From Desulfobacteraceae bacterium (lineage in GTDB: Bacteria > Desulfobacterota > Desulfobacteria > Desulfobacterales > SpSt-501), in the NCBI GenBank assembly GCA_041310895.1, contig JBFYWT010000014.1, positions 1 to 37,189 of the forward strand: a stretch of DNA of 37,189 bases. The letters run 5' to 3'. Under the pieces are notes generated by a model. The model searched no databases and was not told the origin of the DNA. It saw only the letters and a list, made by a program, of their open reading frames with translations. The position numbers and the translations under genes were made by a program. Positions 34,602-37,189 of this stretch are shown here, piece by piece. Positions within the stretch are counted from its first letter, which is position 1, and the number at the start of each line of letters is the position of its first letter.

Positions 34602-35384
34602 GTGGCAGACCCATCCTCACCACTGCACACACCGCCCGGCGGCACCTCCGGGGAGTGGCGCGTCTGGGTGCGCTCACTGTTCACTTATGCCTGGGTTCTC
34701 GCTGCGACGATCTGCCTGGGTCTGGCGACGCTGGCGGTCTCCGTTTTTTCGCGGCAGGGACACGTGGGCCACTGCGTGGGCCGCGCCTGGGCCCGGTCCA
34801 TCCTGGCGGCGAGCGGGATCGGCGTCGCCGTGGCGGGGCTGGAGCGGCTGGAGCCGGGGCGGGCTTACGTCTTCATGGCGAACCACCAGAGCAACTTCGA
34901 CATTCCCGTCCTGCTCGGCCGTCTGCCGGTTCAGTTCCGCTGGCTCGCCAAGGCAGAGCTTTTTAAGATTCCTCTGTTCGGGCGGGCCATGCGGGCCGCG
35001 GGCTATATCAGCATCGATCGCACCGACCGAAGCGCCGCCTTCCAGAGCTTGTCCGAGGCGGCCGAGGTGCTGCGCCGGGGGGTGTCGGTCATGATTTTCC
35101 CGGAGGGCACGCGCAGTTTAGACGGCAAGCTGCGACCCTTCAAGAAAGGCGGCTTCATGATGGCGATCCATGCCGGCGCTCCGATCGTTCCGGTGCGGAT
35201 ACGCGGCACCTATGCCATCATGCCGAAGGGGGCGCGACTCGTCCGGCCGCAGGCGGTGCGGGTGGAGATCGGGGACCCCATCGACACGGCGGGCCATACC
35301 CCGGAGAGCAAGGAGGCCCTCATGGAACGGATGCGGGCGGCGCTCCTTGCAGGGGCCGCCGGGCCGGCGGCCGGGGAGGCGTGA
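34602..35384 (+). CDS. plsC: 1-acyl-sn-glycerol-3-phosphate acyltransferase
   Basis: NHQSNFD (HX4D) and FPEGTRS acyltransferase motifs, and an N-terminal TM segment. GTG start at 34602; the exact start is uncertain. Confidence 0.85.
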   Translation: MADPSSPLHTPPGGTSGEWRVWVRSLFTYAWVLAATICLGLATLAVSVFSRQGHVGHCVGRAWARSILAASGIGVAVAGLERLEPGRAYVFMANHQSNFDIPVLLGRLPVQFRWLAKAELFKIPLFGRAMRAAGYISIDRTDRSAAFQSLSEAAEVLRRGVSVMIFPEGTRSLDGKLRPFKKGGFMMAIHAGAPIVPVRIRGTYAIMPKGARLVRPQAVRVEIGDPIDTAGHTPESKEALMERMRAALLAGAAGPAAGEA

Positions 35385-37033
35385 TGCTGCGCGTGATCCC
35401 GCTCGGGGGCCTGGGGGAGATCGGGTTGAACATGATGGTCTGCGAGGCGGCGGACGCGATGCTGGTCGTCGATGCCGGATTGATGTTCCCCGAGGATCAC
35501 ATGCTGGGGGTCGATTTCGTGATCCCCGACATGTCCTTCGTGCGGTTGAACAGGCACCGGCTGAAGGGCATCGTGCTGACCCATGCCCACGAAGACCACA
35601 TCGGCGCCCTGCCGTTTCTGCTGAAGGACGTCCACGTTCCGGTTTTCGGCACGGCCTTCACGCTGGGCCTGGTGCGCCAGAAGCTGGCCGAGTTCGAGGT
35701 CCCCGCCTCGGCCGGATTGCACCTTATCGCGCCCGGGCAGCCGCTGGCGTTAGACCCTTTTCGAATCGATTTCATCCGGGTCGGGCACAGCGTGGTGGAC
35801 GGGGTGGGGCTTGCCATCCACACCCCGGAGGGACTGCTCGTCCACACCGGGGATTTTAAAATCAGCCCCGGCGCCGCCGGGGGAATGAGCACCGACCTGA
35901 ACGCGTTCGCCCGCTGCGGCGAGCAGGGGGTCCTGGCGCTGATGTCCGACTCGACCAACATCGAGCGCGACGGGGCCACCCTGCCGGACGCCCAGATCGG
36001 CGAAACCCTTGCCCGCATCGTGGCGAAAAGCCCCGGCCGCATCATCGTGGCGCTGTTCGCGTCCAACATCGACCGGATCCAGATGATGGTGGACATCGGC
36101 TGCGGGGTCGGGCGCAAGGTGATCATCAGCGGCCGCAGCATCGAGGCCAGCGTCGAGATCGCCAAAGCCCTCGGCTACCTGCGGGTTCCTGCCGGCAGCG
36201 AGGTCAGCATCGAGCTGGTCCCGGAACTGCCCGACGACCGGGTGCTGATCATCACGACCGGCAGCCAGGGTGAGCCGATGTCGGCCCTGGCGCGGATGGC
36301 CTCCGGGACGCACAAACAGATCAAGATCAAAAAAGGGGACACGGTGGTCCTCTCTTCGAAATTCATCCCCGGCAACGAGCGGGCGATCACCCGCATTATC
36401 GACAACCTCTACCGCCGGGGGGCCGAGGTCATCTATGAAAAGATCTCCGATGTCCACGCCTCCGGCCACGCCTTTCGCGACGAGCTGCGGCTGATGATCA
36501 ACCTGACCCGCCCGCGCTACTTCATTCCCATTCATGGCGAATACCGGCACCTGGTCCTGCACGGCCGCCTGGCCCAGGAGACCGGGATCGGCCGGGAGAA
36601 CGTCCTGCTCGCCGAGAACGGCCAGGTGATCGAATTCGAGAACGGGACGGCCCACCTGCGGGGCAGCGTCGGCACCGGCCGGGTGCTGATCGACGGCAAA
36701 GGGGTGGGGGATGTCGGCCGGTCGGTGTTGAAGGAGCGGCGCATGCTCTCCGAGGAGGGCTTCGTGGCGGTGACGCTCGCCTTCGACGAGGCCACCGGGA
36801 TCATCGTCTACGGGCCTGAAATCCTCTCGCGCGGTTTTGTCTTCGAAACCGAAACCGGCCACCTGCTCCAGGACGCCCACTGTGTCGTGCTGGAGGTGGT
36901 GGAGGAGCTGCCGCCCGAGACGCCCCAGCGGATCGAGCGGATCCGCACCCGGCTCCAGACCGCCCTGCGGCAGTACTTTTTCTACACGATCGGGCGCAGG
37001 CCCGTTATTTTGCCTTTTGTCATGGAAGTATGA
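35384..37033 (+). CDS. rnj: ribonuclease J
   Basis: Metallo-beta-lactamase/beta-CASP: VIPLGGLGEIG, HAHEDHIG, SDSTN, HASGHA, and PIHGEYRH. ATG 35384 overlaps the plsC stop (TGATG). Confidence 0.9.
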   Translation: MLRVIPLGGLGEIGLNMMVCEAADAMLVVDAGLMFPEDHMLGVDFVIPDMSFVRLNRHRLKGIVLTHAHEDHIGALPFLLKDVHVPVFGTAFTLGLVRQKLAEFEVPASAGLHLIAPGQPLALDPFRIDFIRVGHSVVDGVGLAIHTPEGLLVHTGDFKISPGAAGGMSTDLNAFARCGEQGVLALMSDSTNIERDGATLPDAQIGETLARIVAKSPGRIIVALFASNIDRIQMMVDIGCGVGRKVIISGRSIEASVEIAKALGYLRVPAGSEVSIELVPELPDDRVLIITTGSQGEPMSALARMASGTHKQIKIKKGDTVVLSSKFIPGNERAITRIIDNLYRRGAEVIYEKISDVHASGHAFRDELRLMINLTRPRYFIPIHGEYRHLVLHGRLAQETGIGRENVLLAENGQVIEFENGTAHLRGSVGTGRVLIDGKGVGDVGRSVLKERRMLSEEGFVAVTLAFDEATGIIVYGPEILSRGFVFETETGHLLQDAHCVVLEVVEELPPETPQRIERIRTRLQTALRQYFFYTIGRRPVILPFVMEV

Positions 37034-37059
37034 CCCGAACGCCGGACGATTGAAACCTC

Positions 37060-37189
37060 ATGCGCCGTGAAATCATCGCCATCTCCCTTTTCTTTTTCGT
37101 GATCTTCTCACTGATCAGCCTGCTCTCCTACAGCCCGGCGGACCCCTCCATCCACAGCGCCGGCTCCGGCGGGCGGGTCCAGAACCTCT
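37060..37189 (+). CDS. ftsK: DNA translocase FtsK, N-terminal fragment (runs off the window)
   Basis: I translated this by hand: MRREIIAISLFFFVIFSLISLLSYSPADPSIHSAGSGGRVQNL. The TM helix followed by SY.P.DPS......G...N is the usual FtsK N-terminus. It is open to the window end. Confidence 0.55.
   Translation, partial: MRREIIAISLFFFVIFSLISLLSYSPADPSIHSAGSGGRVQNL

Noticed and set aside
35750-36880. 376-aa minus-strand ORF inside rnj, and 170/222-aa ORFs across plsC/rnj
   Set aside because: These are antisense to clear RNase J metallo-beta-lactamase/beta-CASP motifs.

Overview
This is a mostly high-GC chromosomal segment from a Gram-negative bacterium. The domain repertoire (LptD, a sigma-54 enhancer-binding protein, an MJ0042-type zinc ribbon, a Cys-rich tail on a response regulator) suggests a Desulfobacterota/deltaproteobacterium-like organism; that assignment is inference only. 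About 30 protein genes are supported. Housekeeping genes are eno, pyrG, metG, holB, a PSP1/RicT-like gene, an IHF/HU-family gene, lptD, surE, tmk, plsC, rnj, galE, a fused sulfate adenylyltransferase-like/APS kinase, a U32-family protein, a ferredoxin and the start of ftsK. No rRNA, tRNA, CRISPR array or intact mobile element was seen. The leftmost ~5 kb is visibly AT-richer. It carries accessory-type genes (OsmC, a secreted TPR protein, a secreted LVIVD beta-propeller) and two gene remnants (an integrase N-terminus and an EamA C-terminus). The most unusual object is a 757-aa ORF at 30439-32712. It fuses an apparently intact PLP cysteine synthase to a cysteinyl-tRNA-synthetase-like module that has lost HIGH, KMSKS and one zinc-ligand Cys but keeps its tRNA-binding C-terminal parts. 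It is translationally coupled (ATGA overlaps) to tmk upstream and to a 318-aa ORFan downstream. Other second-look items: a 1244-aa GlmS-like amidotransferase with an internal Ntn cysteine and large insertions; two copies of an intergenic element made of inverted arrays of a 9-nt repeat (GTGCCTAAA); an output-less zinc-ribbon/Cache/HAMP sensor with two small wHTH-like partners; a response regulator with a CxxC...CPxC tail; a sulfurylase domain with degenerate catalytic motifs; and a specialised NusG paralog. All protein calls rest on reading the supplied translations and recalling motifs, because no database search was possible.
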